Source: Actinobacteria bacterium 13_2_20CM_68_14 | GTDB taxonomy: Bacteria; Actinomycetota; Thermoleophilia; Gaiellales; Gaiellaceae | Direction: 5' to 3' | Assembly: GCA_001914705.1 (NCBI GenBank) | Contig: MNDB01000071.1 | Location: forward strand, 1-36,065 | Length of the DNA stretch: 36,065 nt | Shown here: one piece after another, positions 24,151-32,652 of the stretch | How the letters are laid out: every line of letters starts with the position of its first letter | Position numbering within the stretch: position 1 is the stretch's first letter | Notes under the pieces: model-generated | Told to the model about the DNA's origin: nothing | The model's database searches: none | What the model saw: only the letters and a program-made list of their open reading frames with translations | Made by a program: the position numbers and the translations under genes

Positions 24151-26174
24151 GACGGCATTCTCTCCGAGATGCCCACTTGTTCGATGTGCTTGGTGATCCC
24201 GCCGAGCCAGAATGGAAAGCCCGCGCCGAGAATCAGGGCGGTGTCAACGTCGGCCGCCGTGGGCACGACGCCCTCGTCGAGCAGGTGGCGGATCTCGTCT
24301 GCGATCGCGGCCAGCGCTGTCTCGAGGATCTCGTCCGGCGAGAGCGGGCTCCGGTCGACGACGGAAATCTCCTCGTGGCCCTCGGCGTAGTTCGCCAGGG
24401 TTTGCGACAACGGGAAGCGGTCGGGATACACATCGTTCAGCGTCTCGAGCACGTGGAGCGCGACGCGCGGGCCGACCAGCTGCAGCAGCACGGACGGCGC
24501 CATCGGCAGGCCGAGCCGGAGGATCGCCTCGTCGGTCTCTTCGATCGAATTACCGCGCTCGAGCGCCGCGAGGACGACCGAGAGGAGCCGCGTCAGGATG
24601 CGGTTGACGACGAAGGCGGGCGCATCTTGGACGAGCAGAGGACGCTTGTGGAGCTTCGCGGTGAGGTCGGCCGCGGTCGCGACGGTCGCGTCGTCGGTCC
24701 GCTCGCCGCGGACGATCTCGACGAGTGGCAGCAGCCCGACGGGGTTGAAGAAGTGCATGCCGACCAGCCGCTCGGGATGCTCGAGCCCGGCGGCTATCGC
24801 GGTGACGGAGAGCGCGGAGGTGTTGGTCGCCAGGACGCAGCTCGGCCCAACCACGGCTTCGAGCTCGGCGAACACGGTTTGCTTCAGCTCCAGCTGCTCG
24901 AAGACGGCCTCGAGCACGAGCTCGCAGCCGGCGAACTCCGCCCGGCCCGTCGTCGTGTGCACGAGCGAGGCGAGGAAACGGGCCTTTCCCTCTTCATAGC
25001 GTCCCTTGGCGACCAGACCGGCCAGCTCCGCCTCGATCGCCCCGCGGGCGCGCTCGAGAGCCTGCTCGTCGACGTCCGCGATCACGAGCGGCAACTCGAG
25101 GCGGCGGACAAAGAGTGCCGCGAGCTGTGTCGCCATCAGACCGGCGCCGACGATGCCAACCTTGGTGACGGTGCGCGGCTCGGCGTCGAGACTCGGTCGC
25201 TTCTTCGCCCGCCGCTCGACGAGGTCGAAGGCATAGAGCGAAGCCTGAGCCTCCGGGCTCGGCAAAAGCTCGGCGATCGCATCCTCCTCGGCCCGGTAGC
25301 CCTCCTCGAGGCTCCAACCCGAGAGCGCGCCCTCGATCAGGTCGAGCGCCCTGTAGGGAGCCGGCGCGGCGCCGTGGACGGCGTCGTCCAGCCGAGCGCG
25401 GGCCTGCTGGAACACGTCCGCGAGCGGCGTGTCCGGGGGTCTGACCCCGGGACGTGGCTCGGGGCGACGCGTCACGAGCTCCACGGCATAGGCGATCGAC
25501 TCGTCCACGAACTCGGCAGGCTCGAGCAGGCGGTCGGCGAAGCCGAGCTCGTGCGCCCGGCGGCCGTCGAGCATCCGGTTCTGGCGGAGCGGGCTCTCAA
25601 CGACGAATTCGATTGCGGTCTCGGCCTCGACGAGCCGCGGGGTGAGCTGGGTTCCGCCCCAGCCGGGAACGATCCCGAGCAGACATTCGGGGCAGGCGAA
25701 ATGGCGAACCGCTGTCGAGATCGTGCGCGCATCGCAATGGAACGCGAGCTCGACGCCACCGCCCAGGCAGGCCCCGTTGATCGCGGCGACCGTGGGATAC
25801 CGCAGCGCCTGGATGCGGCCGAACAGCTCGTGGCCGGTCCTGCTGCCCTCGCGCGCGAGATCCGGTGAGGCGCGCGAGAACTCGTCGAGGTCGGCTCCGG
25901 CCGAGAAGAAGTACGGCTTGCCGGTGATCACGAGCGCGGCCCAGTCGCCGCTCTCGAGCTCACCGAGCACGCGGTCGAGCGACTCGAACGCGGACCGTCC
26001 GAACACGGTCGGCTTCGTATGGTCGGCGCCGTTGTCGATCGTCACGACTGCGAGCGGCCGCTCGAGCTCCGGCCTTCTCACCTGTGCGAGCTTGAACTGC
26101 GTCAGCGGCTTCGGTTCGGAGCCGGGTTTAGCGGCCGCGCCGCGCAGGTCGGCGCGGCCTCTTAGGGTCGGCAT
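24147..26174 (-). CDS. fadB: Multifunctional fatty-acid oxidation protein: enoyl-CoA hydratase + 3-hydroxyacyl-CoA dehydrogenase
   Basis: Track ORF 24147..26399. The crotonase part reads ITGKPYFFSAGADL..AAINGACLGGGVELAFHCD and the NAD-binding part reads KVGIVGAGLMATQLA, ...NTSALSV..., HFFNPV. The start was set to ATG 26174, which lies inside repeat copy D. A GTG near 26083 is an alternative. Confidence 0.85.
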   Translation of the reverse strand: MPTLRGRADLRGAAAKPGSEPKPLTQFKLAQVRRPELERPLAVVTIDNGADHTKPTVFGRSAFESLDRVLGELESGDWAALVITGKPYFFSAGADLDEFSRASPDLAREGSRTGHELFGRIQALRYPTVAAINGACLGGGVELAFHCDARTISTAVRHFACPECLLGIVPGWGGTQLTPRLVEAETAIEFVVESPLRQNRMLDGRRAHELGFADRLLEPAEFVDESIAYAVELVTRRPEPRPGVRPPDTPLADVFQQARARLDDAVHGAAPAPYRALDLIEGALSGWSLEEGYRAEEDAIAELLPSPEAQASLYAFDLVERRAKKRPSLDAEPRTVTKVGIVGAGLMATQLAALFVRRLELPLVIADVDEQALERARGAIEAELAGLVAKGRYEEGKARFLASLVHTTTGRAEFAGCELVLEAVFEQLELKQTVFAELEAVVGPSCVLATNTSALSVTAIAAGLEHPERLVGMHFFNPVGLLPLVEIVRGERTDDATVATAADLTAKLHKRPLLVQDAPAFVVNRILTRLLSVVLAALERGNSIEETDEAILRLGLPMAPSVLLQLVGPRVALHVLETLNDVYPDRFPLSQTLANYAEGHEEISVVDRSPLSPDEILETALAAIADEIRHLLDEGVVPTAADVDTALILGAGFPFWLGGITKHIEQVGISERMPS

Positions 26175-26189
26175 CGCAAGCGACGCCTC
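26122..26189 (-). repeat. Interspersed two-hairpin repeat element, copy D (sense strand = minus), spanning the fadA stop / fadB start
   Basis: The minus strand reads GAGGCGTCGCttGCGATGCC-gaccctaagag-GCCGCGCCG-acctgcg-CGGCGCGGC-CGCTAAACCCGG. Confidence 0.75.
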
Positions 26190-27309
26190 TAGACACGCTC
26201 CCACAGGAGCGCCGCGCCCATCCCCATGCCGACGCAGAGAGCGGTCAGCCCGTAGCGGGAGCTCGGGCGCTCGCGCATCGCATACGCGAGTTGAGCGACG
26301 AGCCGCACGCCCGTTGCGGCAAGCGGATGGCCGCACGCGACCGCGCCTCCGTAGGGATTCAGCCGCTCGTCGTCCGGCGAGACTCCCATGCCCTCGCACC
26401 AGGTCAGCACCTGGACGGCGAACGGCTCGTTGAGCTCGAAGGCATCGACCTGGTCGATGCTGAGCCCGGCATGCTCGAGCACTTTCTTCGTCGCCGGCAC
26501 CGGCCCCATGCCCATCAGCTCAGGCTCGACGCCCGCGAACGCGAAGGAGACGCGCCGTCGGTGAGCCCCGCCGAGTTGCCGGCCGTCACGCGGCCGCCCG
26601 GGCGGAAGGGCGTCGACAGGTCGCGGATCGCGTCGAGGGAGGTTTCGGGCCGCAGGAACTCGTCGCGGTCGGCCTCGCGCCAACCATCCTCCGTGAAGAC
26701 GCTCATCGGCACGACCGTCTCCCGCATGACTCCGTTTTGCCAGGCCTCCGCGAGCCGGTGGTGCGAGCGGACGGCGTACGCGTCGGCGTCGTCCTTCGTC
26801 AGCTGCGGAAACCGGTCGTGCAAGTTTTCTGCCGTCTGGCCCATGGTCGCGGCCGACGGGTCGATCAGCCGCTCGGCGACGAACCGCGGGTTGTACTCGA
26901 CGTCCTCGAGCATCGGGTGCCGGCCCATGTGCTCGACGCCGCCCGCGAGGATCACATCCGCCGCCCCCATCGCGATCTCGCCGGCGCCCGTGGTGATCGC
27001 CGTCAGCGCGCCTGCGCACATACGGTCGACGGCGAAGCCGGGAACCGTCCGCGGCAGTCCAGCCAGCAACGCCACGTCGCGCCCGAGTGTCAGCCCCTGG
27101 TCGCCGACCTGCGCGGTGGCGGCGAAGACGACGTCGTCGATCCGCTCCGGCGGCAGCGAATCGTTGCGGCGCAGCAGCTCGCGGACGAGCTTGACGGCCA
27201 TGTCATCGGCGCGGGTACGCCAGAAGACGCCTTTCGGTCCGGCGCGCCCGAAGGCGCTGCGGACGCCGTCGACGAAGTAGACCTCGCGGAGCTCGCGCAT
27301 CGAGCCCAA
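26189..27309 (-). pseudogene. fadA: Acetyl-CoA C-acyltransferase (FadA-type thiolase) disrupted by an internal deletion plus frameshift
   Basis: The N-terminal part is ORF 26515..27309 (...DRMCAGAL..., ...VTAGNSAGLTDGA then SPSRSRASSLS*). The C-terminal part lies in another frame of ORF 26189..27019 (SFAFAGVEPELMGMGPVPA...NEPFAVQ...NPYGGAVACGHPL...LCVGMGMGAALLWERV*). The frames meet at about 26551. About 23 residues normally found between DGA and the xxAGVxP segment are missing. Confidence 0.7.
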
Positions 27310-27424
27310 GGCTAGTAGATGGCCACGGCCTCGCAGCCCGGGCGATCGTCACGGTTTCGGCGCAAACGCGTCACCCACCCGTGCGCCTAACCTCGATACG
27401 CTCGAGCCGGGGAGGAGGTTGGCT

Positions 27425-28108
27425 GTGCCTAACCAAGGAACGAGCACCGGCGAGGACTGGCTGGCCCACGTCGACCGCGAGGAAGCGCGCTACCGCGACG
27501 GCGAGAGCCGCCTGCCCGAGGCCGCCGACGCCGACGCTCGCCAGCGCCAGCTGACCCGGCTCGGCAACGCCTCGGTCGGAGCGGGCCTCGCACTGTTGAT
27601 GACCGGCCGCCGGGACGAAGCCGCCGCCAGTCTCACCCGCGCCGCCGAGCGCTACCGGGAGAGCTTCGCCGGCGCGCCGCCCGGAAGCTGGGGCCGCCCG
27701 ATCGGGGCGATCAAAGCACGCCTTCTGGCAGGGGACTGGGACGGCGCCGCGGCCGACGCGCGCTGGGCGCTCGAGGCCGGTGCCGCCGAAGCCGACTCAC
27801 CGATCGGGCGCTACGCGGCCGCGCTCGCCTTGCTCGTGCTCGGCGACGACGCGCATGCGCGTATCCACGCGAACGCGGTCCGAACCCGCGACGACTTCCC
27901 GGCAGAGGTCGGCGACGCGCTCGCGTTCCTCGCAGCCCACGACGTGGACGGCTACACCCTGGCCGTCGAGGCAGTGCTCCAGTCGTTCGAGCAGCGGGAC
28001 GAGTACCTCGAAGACATTCCCGTTGCGGACACCGCGCTCGTCCTGCAGGCGCTGGCCGCCCGACGAGGGTTCGCCGCCGAGCTCTCCTCGCCGCTGCTGC
28101 CTGCCTGA
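27425..28108 (+). CDS. Hypothetical Ala/Asp-rich helical protein
   Basis: Track ORF 27419..28108. The GTG at 27425 sits 7-9 nt after GGAGGAGG and is preferred over the TTG at 27419. No motif was recognised. Confidence 0.5.
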   Translation: MPNQGTSTGEDWLAHVDREEARYRDGESRLPEAADADARQRQLTRLGNASVGAGLALLMTGRRDEAAASLTRAAERYRESFAGAPPGSWGRPIGAIKARLLAGDWDGAAADARWALEAGAAEADSPIGRYAAALALLVLGDDAHARIHANAVRTRDDFPAEVGDALAFLAAHDVDGYTLAVEAVLQSFEQRDEYLEDIPVADTALVLQALAARRGFAAELSSPLLPA

Positions 28109-28117
28109 GACTCGTCT

Positions 28118-28210
28118 TTAGAAGAAGGAATCGGCCTTCCGTCGGGTGTTAGCCGGACGCCCGGGCAGAGCCCGGACGTCCTCTTGGTCGGCGTCGCAAG
28201 CGAGCGCCGA
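28118..28210 (-). repeat. Interspersed two-hairpin repeat element, copy E (sense strand = minus)
   Basis: The minus strand reads tcGGCGCTCGCttGCGACGCC-gaccaagag-GACGTCCGGGC-tct-GCCCGGGCGTC-CGGCTAACACCCGacggaaggccgattccttcttctaaag. It fills the convergent gap between the hypothetical gene and the ArsR-family gene. Confidence 0.75.
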
Positions 28211-28212
28211 AG

Positions 28213-28758
28213 CTAGTCGGTGCTGCCGGTGCGAACCGGATGCATGAACGCAGTGACCACCAGCGGCTGGGCGTCGTCGGTCTCCTCGTCGCGCACGCGT
28301 TCGGCGATCTCCTCGATCAAGCGCAGCGCACGTTCGGCGGGAATTCGTACGGTCGTCTGGGTGATCCGGAAGTCTCCCGAGGCTCCGAAGGCATCCCACG
28401 CTCGTTGGAGATCGTCGAGCATCGACGCGCGCACATCGGTGCCGAGCCCCGTCGAAACGAGCTCCGGCGCCACGCGCACCGTCCGCGCGACTGCGCGGTA
28501 GGGCTTCTCACGGCCCTTCCCGCCGTCGGCGAGATCGATCAGCCCGGCCCGCAGCAGCATCCGGACGTGGAAGTGCAGGTGGCCGGGGTCGACGCCCAAC
28601 CGCTGGGCGAGCTCGCGGTTCGTCAGCGAGCCCTCCTCGCTCTGGCCCAGCATCTCGAGGACACGCAGCCGCAGAGGGTGACCGAGCGCCTTCAGTTGCT
28701 CCGGACGGTCGATCGTGAAGACGTCGAGTAGCGGCGGCTGCGACTCGGGTGACGACAC
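28213..28758 (-). CDS. ArsR-family winged-helix transcriptional regulator
   Basis: The 181-aa ORF reads LKALGHPLRLRVLEMLGQSEEGSLTNRELAQRLGVDPGHLHFHVRMLLRAGLI (HTH_20/ArsR signature). The start is a GTG. Confidence 0.8.
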   Translation of the reverse strand: MSSPESQPPLLDVFTIDRPEQLKALGHPLRLRVLEMLGQSEEGSLTNRELAQRLGVDPGHLHFHVRMLLRAGLIDLADGGKGREKPYRAVARTVRVAPELVSTGLGTDVRASMLDDLQRAWDAFGASGDFRITQTTVRIPAERALRLIEEIAERVRDEETDDAQPLVVTAFMHPVRTGSTD

Positions 28759-28763
28759 GTCTG

Positions 28764-28775
28764 CGTATATATACG
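28764..28775. promoter_or_regulatory. Perfect palindrome CGTATATATACG 5 nt upstream of the ArsR-family GTG; likely -10 element/operator of a leaderless transcript
   Basis: The minus strand reads ccgTATATATAcgcagacGTG. TATATA lies 7 nt before the start codon and no SD is present. Confidence 0.4.
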
Positions 28776-28792
28776 GAAACGCCGCTCGTTGT

Positions 28793-29485
28793 CTAGTCGC
28801 GCAACCGCGAAGCGGCCTTTTGATCCAGAATCGCGAGTGTCTCGCCGCTCTCCGCGCGTATCAGGCTGCCCGGCACGGCGGGATCGGGCGGCCCGGCGAG
28901 AACCCCTGCGACGGCCTCCGCCTTTTGCTCCCCGGTGACCAGGAAGACGATGCGGCGGGCGCTGCGCAGCGCGGGCGGCGTCAAGGTCACGCGCTCGACG
29001 AAGGGATCGAGCTTCGCTTCGGCGGGAATCGCGAGGCGCTCGGTCTCCGTCAGGCCGGGCGAGTTCGGAAACAGCGACGCGACGTGTCCGTCGGGGCCGA
29101 GACCGAGCAAGAGCAGGTCGAGTGTCGTTCCTCTCAGCTCCTGGTCGTACGAGGCGGCTGCCGCGGCAGGCTCGTCTTCGCCACGGATCCGGTGGACTCG
29201 ACCCGGATGAGCCTCGAGTCGGTCGAGGAGCGTCCTCCGCGCGAGCCCGAAGTTCGACCGCTCGTCGTCGGGCGGCACGCAACGCTCGTCTCCCCACCAG
29301 ACGCCGGCGCCGCTCCAGTCCGGCTCGAGGTCGGCGGCGAGCTCGTAGGCGCGACCCGGCGTCGAGCCGCCCGTGAGCGCGATCTCGCTCCCGGCGCGCG
29401 CGGCCTCGGCGAGGAGCTCGGCGACTTGTTTCGCCGCAGACTCTTCGTCGTCCGTGACGATCAGCTCGGCGTCCCGCGCCCTCAC
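28793..29485 (-). CDS. pgl: 6-phosphogluconolactonase
   Basis: The 230-aa ORF has ALTGGSTP, WWGDERCVP and LLLGLGPDGHVASLFP, the canonical Pgl/DevB motifs. Confidence 0.88.
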   Translation of the reverse strand: MRARDAELIVTDDEESAAKQVAELLAEAARAGSEIALTGGSTPGRAYELAADLEPDWSGAGVWWGDERCVPPDDERSNFGLARRTLLDRLEAHPGRVHRIRGEDEPAAAAASYDQELRGTTLDLLLLGLGPDGHVASLFPNSPGLTETERLAIPAEAKLDPFVERVTLTPPALRSARRIVFLVTGEQKAEAVAGVLAGPPDPAVPGSLIRAESGETLAILDQKAASRLRD

Positions 29486-29490
29486 GTCGG

Positions 29491-29572
29491 GCCGGCCGCG
29501 AGCTCGCGCGAACGCTCCAATGGAGCACGTGTCATGGCGCGCCGGCCGCGAGCTCGCGCGAGCGGTCCATTG
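29491..29572. repeat. Direct duplication (50-bp period) of the proC 3' end
   Basis: gccggccgcgagctcgcgcgaacgctccaatg (29491..29522, intergenic) matches gccggccgcgagctcgcgcgagcggtccattg (29541..29572, encoding the proC C-terminus ...MDRSRELAAG). Confidence 0.85.
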
Positions 29573-30356
29573 CCGCCTGAATAGCGTTCAGGAAGGCGGC
29601 GCGAACGCCGGCTTGCTCCAGCTCGCGCACCGCCCGGATCGTCGTGCCGCCGGGCGAGGTGACCCGTTCGCGGAGCTCGACGGGATGCATCTGCTCGTCG
29701 CGGAGCAGCTTCGCGCTTCCGAGCATTGTCTGGACGACGAGCTGTGTCGAGACCTCGCGCCCGAGCCCGAGCAGGATGCCCGCCTCGATCATCGCCTCGG
29801 CCAGGAGCGCGAAGTACGCCGGGCCGGAGCCGGAGACCGCCGTGACGGCGTCCATGTACGGCTCGGGCACGCGGACGACGGCGCCGAGATGCAAGAGGGC
29901 TTCCTCGGCCAGGGCGAGGTGTGGCTCGTCCGCGTTGGCGCCCGCGCACATGCCTGCGATCCCCTCATGCACGATCGCCGGCGCGTTCGGCATCGCGCGC
30001 ACGACGGGAACGCCCTTCGGCAAGCGCTCCTCGATCGCCGTGGTCGGAATCGCAGCAGCGACCGAGAGGACGGTCTGGTCCGGGCTGACGACCGGTGCGA
30101 TCTCCTCGAGCAGGACGTCGAAGTCCTGCGGCTTGACCGCGATCACGATCAGGGCCGCATCGGCGACCGCGTCGGCATTCGACAGCGTCGCCTCCACGCC
30201 GAGCTTTTCCCGAAGCTCGTTCACGCGCTCCTCTCGTCGCCCGGTCGCGACGAGCTCGTCCGGCTTGCGCCAGCCTCCGCTGATTAAGCCCGCGATCAAA
30301 GCCTCGCCGAGGGTGCCCGCACCGAGTACCGCGACGCGCCTTTCGTTCACCGCCAT
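29532..30356 (-). CDS. proC: Pyrroline-5-carboxylate reductase
   Basis: The 274-aa ORF has VAVLGAGTLGEALI (NADP-binding), RAMPNAPA, AVSGSGPAYFALLAEAM and TSPGGTT. Confidence 0.92.
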   Translation of the reverse strand: MAVNERRVAVLGAGTLGEALIAGLISGGWRKPDELVATGRREERVNELREKLGVEATLSNADAVADAALIVIAVKPQDFDVLLEEIAPVVSPDQTVLSVAAAIPTTAIEERLPKGVPVVRAMPNAPAIVHEGIAGMCAGANADEPHLALAEEALLHLGAVVRVPEPYMDAVTAVSGSGPAYFALLAEAMIEAGILLGLGREVSTQLVVQTMLGSAKLLRDEQMHPVELRERVTSPGGTTIRAVRELEQAGVRAAFLNAIQAAMDRSRELAAGAP

Positions 30357-30365
30357 GTCTGGAAT

Positions 30366-31220
30366 CTAAGCAGCGAGGCGCCCGGGGACGTCGATCGTCC
30401 CCTGGCCGAGACCGGCGAGCATGTACACGCTCGCCAGACCGGCCCATTCACCGTATGGCTCGAGCAGCTCCGCGGTCTCCCAGCCTTCAACGCGGCGCCC
30501 GCGCATTCGGGCGAGCAGTTTGATCAGTCCAAGGTCGCCTACGAGCCCCCGCTCGTAGCGCCCGAGGCCTTCCAGGCAGACGACGCCGACCGACCACGGG
30601 CCGATTCTCGCCTCCCGGACGAGCCGCGCAGCGGCGGCGTCCGTCGAAACCTCCCGCAGCCGCTCGAGGTCAAGCGAGCGGCACAGCCGGACAAGCGCGC
30701 TCGCGCGCGGCCCGCCGAGGCCGAGCGCCCGGAGCTCGGCCGGCGAAAACCGGCCCATCACCGCAGGCGTCGGCGCCGCGTGCAGGCCGTCCAGCGAAGG
30801 CGTCGACGCGCGCACGACCCGGCGCTCAATCTCCCGCGCCCTACGCGCCGTGATCAGCTGGCCGCAGAGTGCGCGGAGCAGGGCCTGGGTTACCGTTGCG
30901 CACCGCAGGGGTCGCAGCCCTTTGAGCCGCCGAACCGTCGCTCCCAGGAACGGGTCGCGAGCGAAGCGCTGCACGAACTCCGAGTGGTCGTCGTCGAGCC
31001 CGAGCGTAAACCGCACGCGCTCGACCGCTTCCTCGCTTGGTGCGCGGACGACCACCACGCCGTCAGCGAGTTGTCGCGCCTCGGCGATCGCGAGCCGGCC
31101 GCCCACCTCGTAGACGGCGCGGAGAACTCCGCGGGCTGCGACCCGTGTCGCGTCGCTGCCGTGCCGCGTCGAGAGTCGGAGCGAATAGGGACCGCGCGCT
31201 CGGAGCGAAGCCTCGATCAA
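30366..31220 (-). CDS. HhH-GPD superfamily DNA glycosylase (AlkA-like DNA-3-methyladenine glycosylase II)
   Basis: The 284-aa ORF reads ...LLRALCGQLITARRAREIE..., ...REARIGPWSVGVVCLEGLGRYERGLVGDLGL... (helix-hairpin-helix + catalytic Asp region). The TTG start at 31220 overlaps the upstream stop (TTGA). Confidence 0.65.
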   Translation of the reverse strand: MIEASLRARGPYSLRLSTRHGSDATRVAARGVLRAVYEVGGRLAIAEARQLADGVVVVRAPSEEAVERVRFTLGLDDDHSEFVQRFARDPFLGATVRRLKGLRPLRCATVTQALLRALCGQLITARRAREIERRVVRASTPSLDGLHAAPTPAVMGRFSPAELRALGLGGPRASALVRLCRSLDLERLREVSTDAAAARLVREARIGPWSVGVVCLEGLGRYERGLVGDLGLIKLLARMRGRRVEGWETAELLEPYGEWAGLASVYMLAGLGQGTIDVPGRLAA

Positions 31221-32536
31221 CCGCGACTCTGTACGGGCTTCGAGGCGCTGAGCTGGGCTGCGCGGTCGAGGACGTCGAGCGCCTCCGACTCTCGCCCGGA
31301 CTTGCGCAGATAGCGAGCCCAGGCGCGGAACGCGTCCGCCTTCTCGACCTGCCGCCCGTGCTTCTCGATGAGCTCGACTGCGCGTTCGAAGGTCTCGTTC
31401 GCTTCGGGCTTTTCCTGTTGCGCAAGTGCCTCGGCCAGAATCACCAAGACGACGCCGTGCTCTGCCGGATGGTCATCGCCTAGCGCGGAGAGAGCTTCGC
31501 GGGCAAGCCGCTCCGACTCCTCCGGCCGGTTGAGTAGACCGGCGCGCCTTGCCTGGTCGGCGCGGAGATTTGCGAGATCGAGCGGATCGGGCTTCTGCCC
31601 GAACATCCGCTCGGCCGCATCGAATTGCGCCCCGGCTTCCTGCACCTTTCCCTGAGAGATCATGATCGTGCCGCAGAGCAGATGTGCACGCGCGAGATGG
31701 AGCGTGTCTTCCGTCACCTCGAGTAGCGCGATCGCGCGCCGGATGTAGTCGAGCGCGGCCGCCGGCTGGCCGCGAACCTCGTTCAGACGAGCCAGCGACC
31801 AGTAGAGCCGGACTCGCGTATAGGGGTCGGTCACCTGCTTGGCTTGAGCGAGCGCGTCTTCGAGCACGCCCTCTGCACGACTGAGGTCGCCCAGGTCGCT
31901 GAGCGCGTAGCTCAGGTACGTCGAAAAGCGAACCTGATTCGTGGTGTCTTCGGGATGTTCTTCTGCCACACGGACGAGACAGGCTTCGAAGAGGTCGACG
32001 GCGCGCTGCGGCTGGCCCAGAGAGGCATAGCACTGACCCAGCGTCGCGTAGACATCGGGACGCTGCGACGGGCCCAGGAGCTCGGACCCAATTGCGGCCT
32101 CCAGGCGCTCGACCGCGGCGGTGTTGTTCCCGGCCCGCGCCTCGGCGAGCCCGAGCGCGACACGGGCGCGGAGCGCAGAGGCCGAGTCGCCCGCAGCGAT
32201 CGCGTCATCGAGGATCCCCTGGACGGTGTCGCAGGCTTCCCCGGGATCGTCGGCCAGGCGCAGCCTGAGCTCCGCATCGGCAAGCCGGAGCTCTCGCTCG
32301 TCGACCTCGCGGAGATCGGACCCGGTCTCGAGGTATTCCACTGAGACGCCGAGCTTCGGAGCGAGCTGTCTGAGGGCCTTGACGGACGGGCGCCGCGCTT
32401 CTGCCTCGATCCGCGAGATGTAGGCATACGAGACCCCGGGAGACGAGAGCTCGCGCTGCGAAAGGTTGCGTTCGAGGCGTAATCGGCGCAGGCGCTGCCC
32501 GATTGACTCTGGTCCAGTCGTCGGTGGCCCCACCAT
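31217..32536 (-). CDS. XRE-family HTH + TPR transcriptional regulator, second paralog (no adjacent peptide ORF)
   Basis: Track ORF 31217..32650, trimmed to ATG 32536 (MVGPPTTGPESIGQRLRRLRLERNLSQRELS...YISRIEAEARRPSVKALRQLAPKLGV). The remainder is TPR-like repeats (...PQRAVDLFEACL..., ...LSRAEGVLEDALAQAK..., ...PAAALDYIRRAIALLE..., ...VQEAGAQFDAAERMF...). Confidence 0.8.
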   Translation of the reverse strand: MVGPPTTGPESIGQRLRRLRLERNLSQRELSSPGVSYAYISRIEAEARRPSVKALRQLAPKLGVSVEYLETGSDLREVDERELRLADAELRLRLADDPGEACDTVQGILDDAIAAGDSASALRARVALGLAEARAGNNTAAVERLEAAIGSELLGPSQRPDVYATLGQCYASLGQPQRAVDLFEACLVRVAEEHPEDTTNQVRFSTYLSYALSDLGDLSRAEGVLEDALAQAKQVTDPYTRVRLYWSLARLNEVRGQPAAALDYIRRAIALLEVTEDTLHLARAHLLCGTIMISQGKVQEAGAQFDAAERMFGQKPDPLDLANLRADQARRAGLLNRPEESERLAREALSALGDDHPAEHGVVLVILAEALAQQEKPEANETFERAVELIEKHGRQVEKADAFRAWARYLRKSGRESEALDVLDRAAQLSASKPVQSRG

Positions 32537-32652
32537 CGCCTGCGGCCTATCTTCGTCCTTCAGACGGCTGCCGTCAAAACCCAGGCGCGTGGATGTCTGA
32601 CAACAAATGACTACACAGCTTTCGGACCCACCCTCCTCTAGGCTTCGCACGC

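Noticed and set aside
26500-26600. fadA frame break as selenocysteine recoding or a programmed frameshift
   Set aside because: The two parts are in different frames, so this is not an in-frame TGA. A conserved block of about 23 residues is physically missing, and no slippery heptamer or stimulatory structure was seen. A deletion or sequence error is the simpler explanation.
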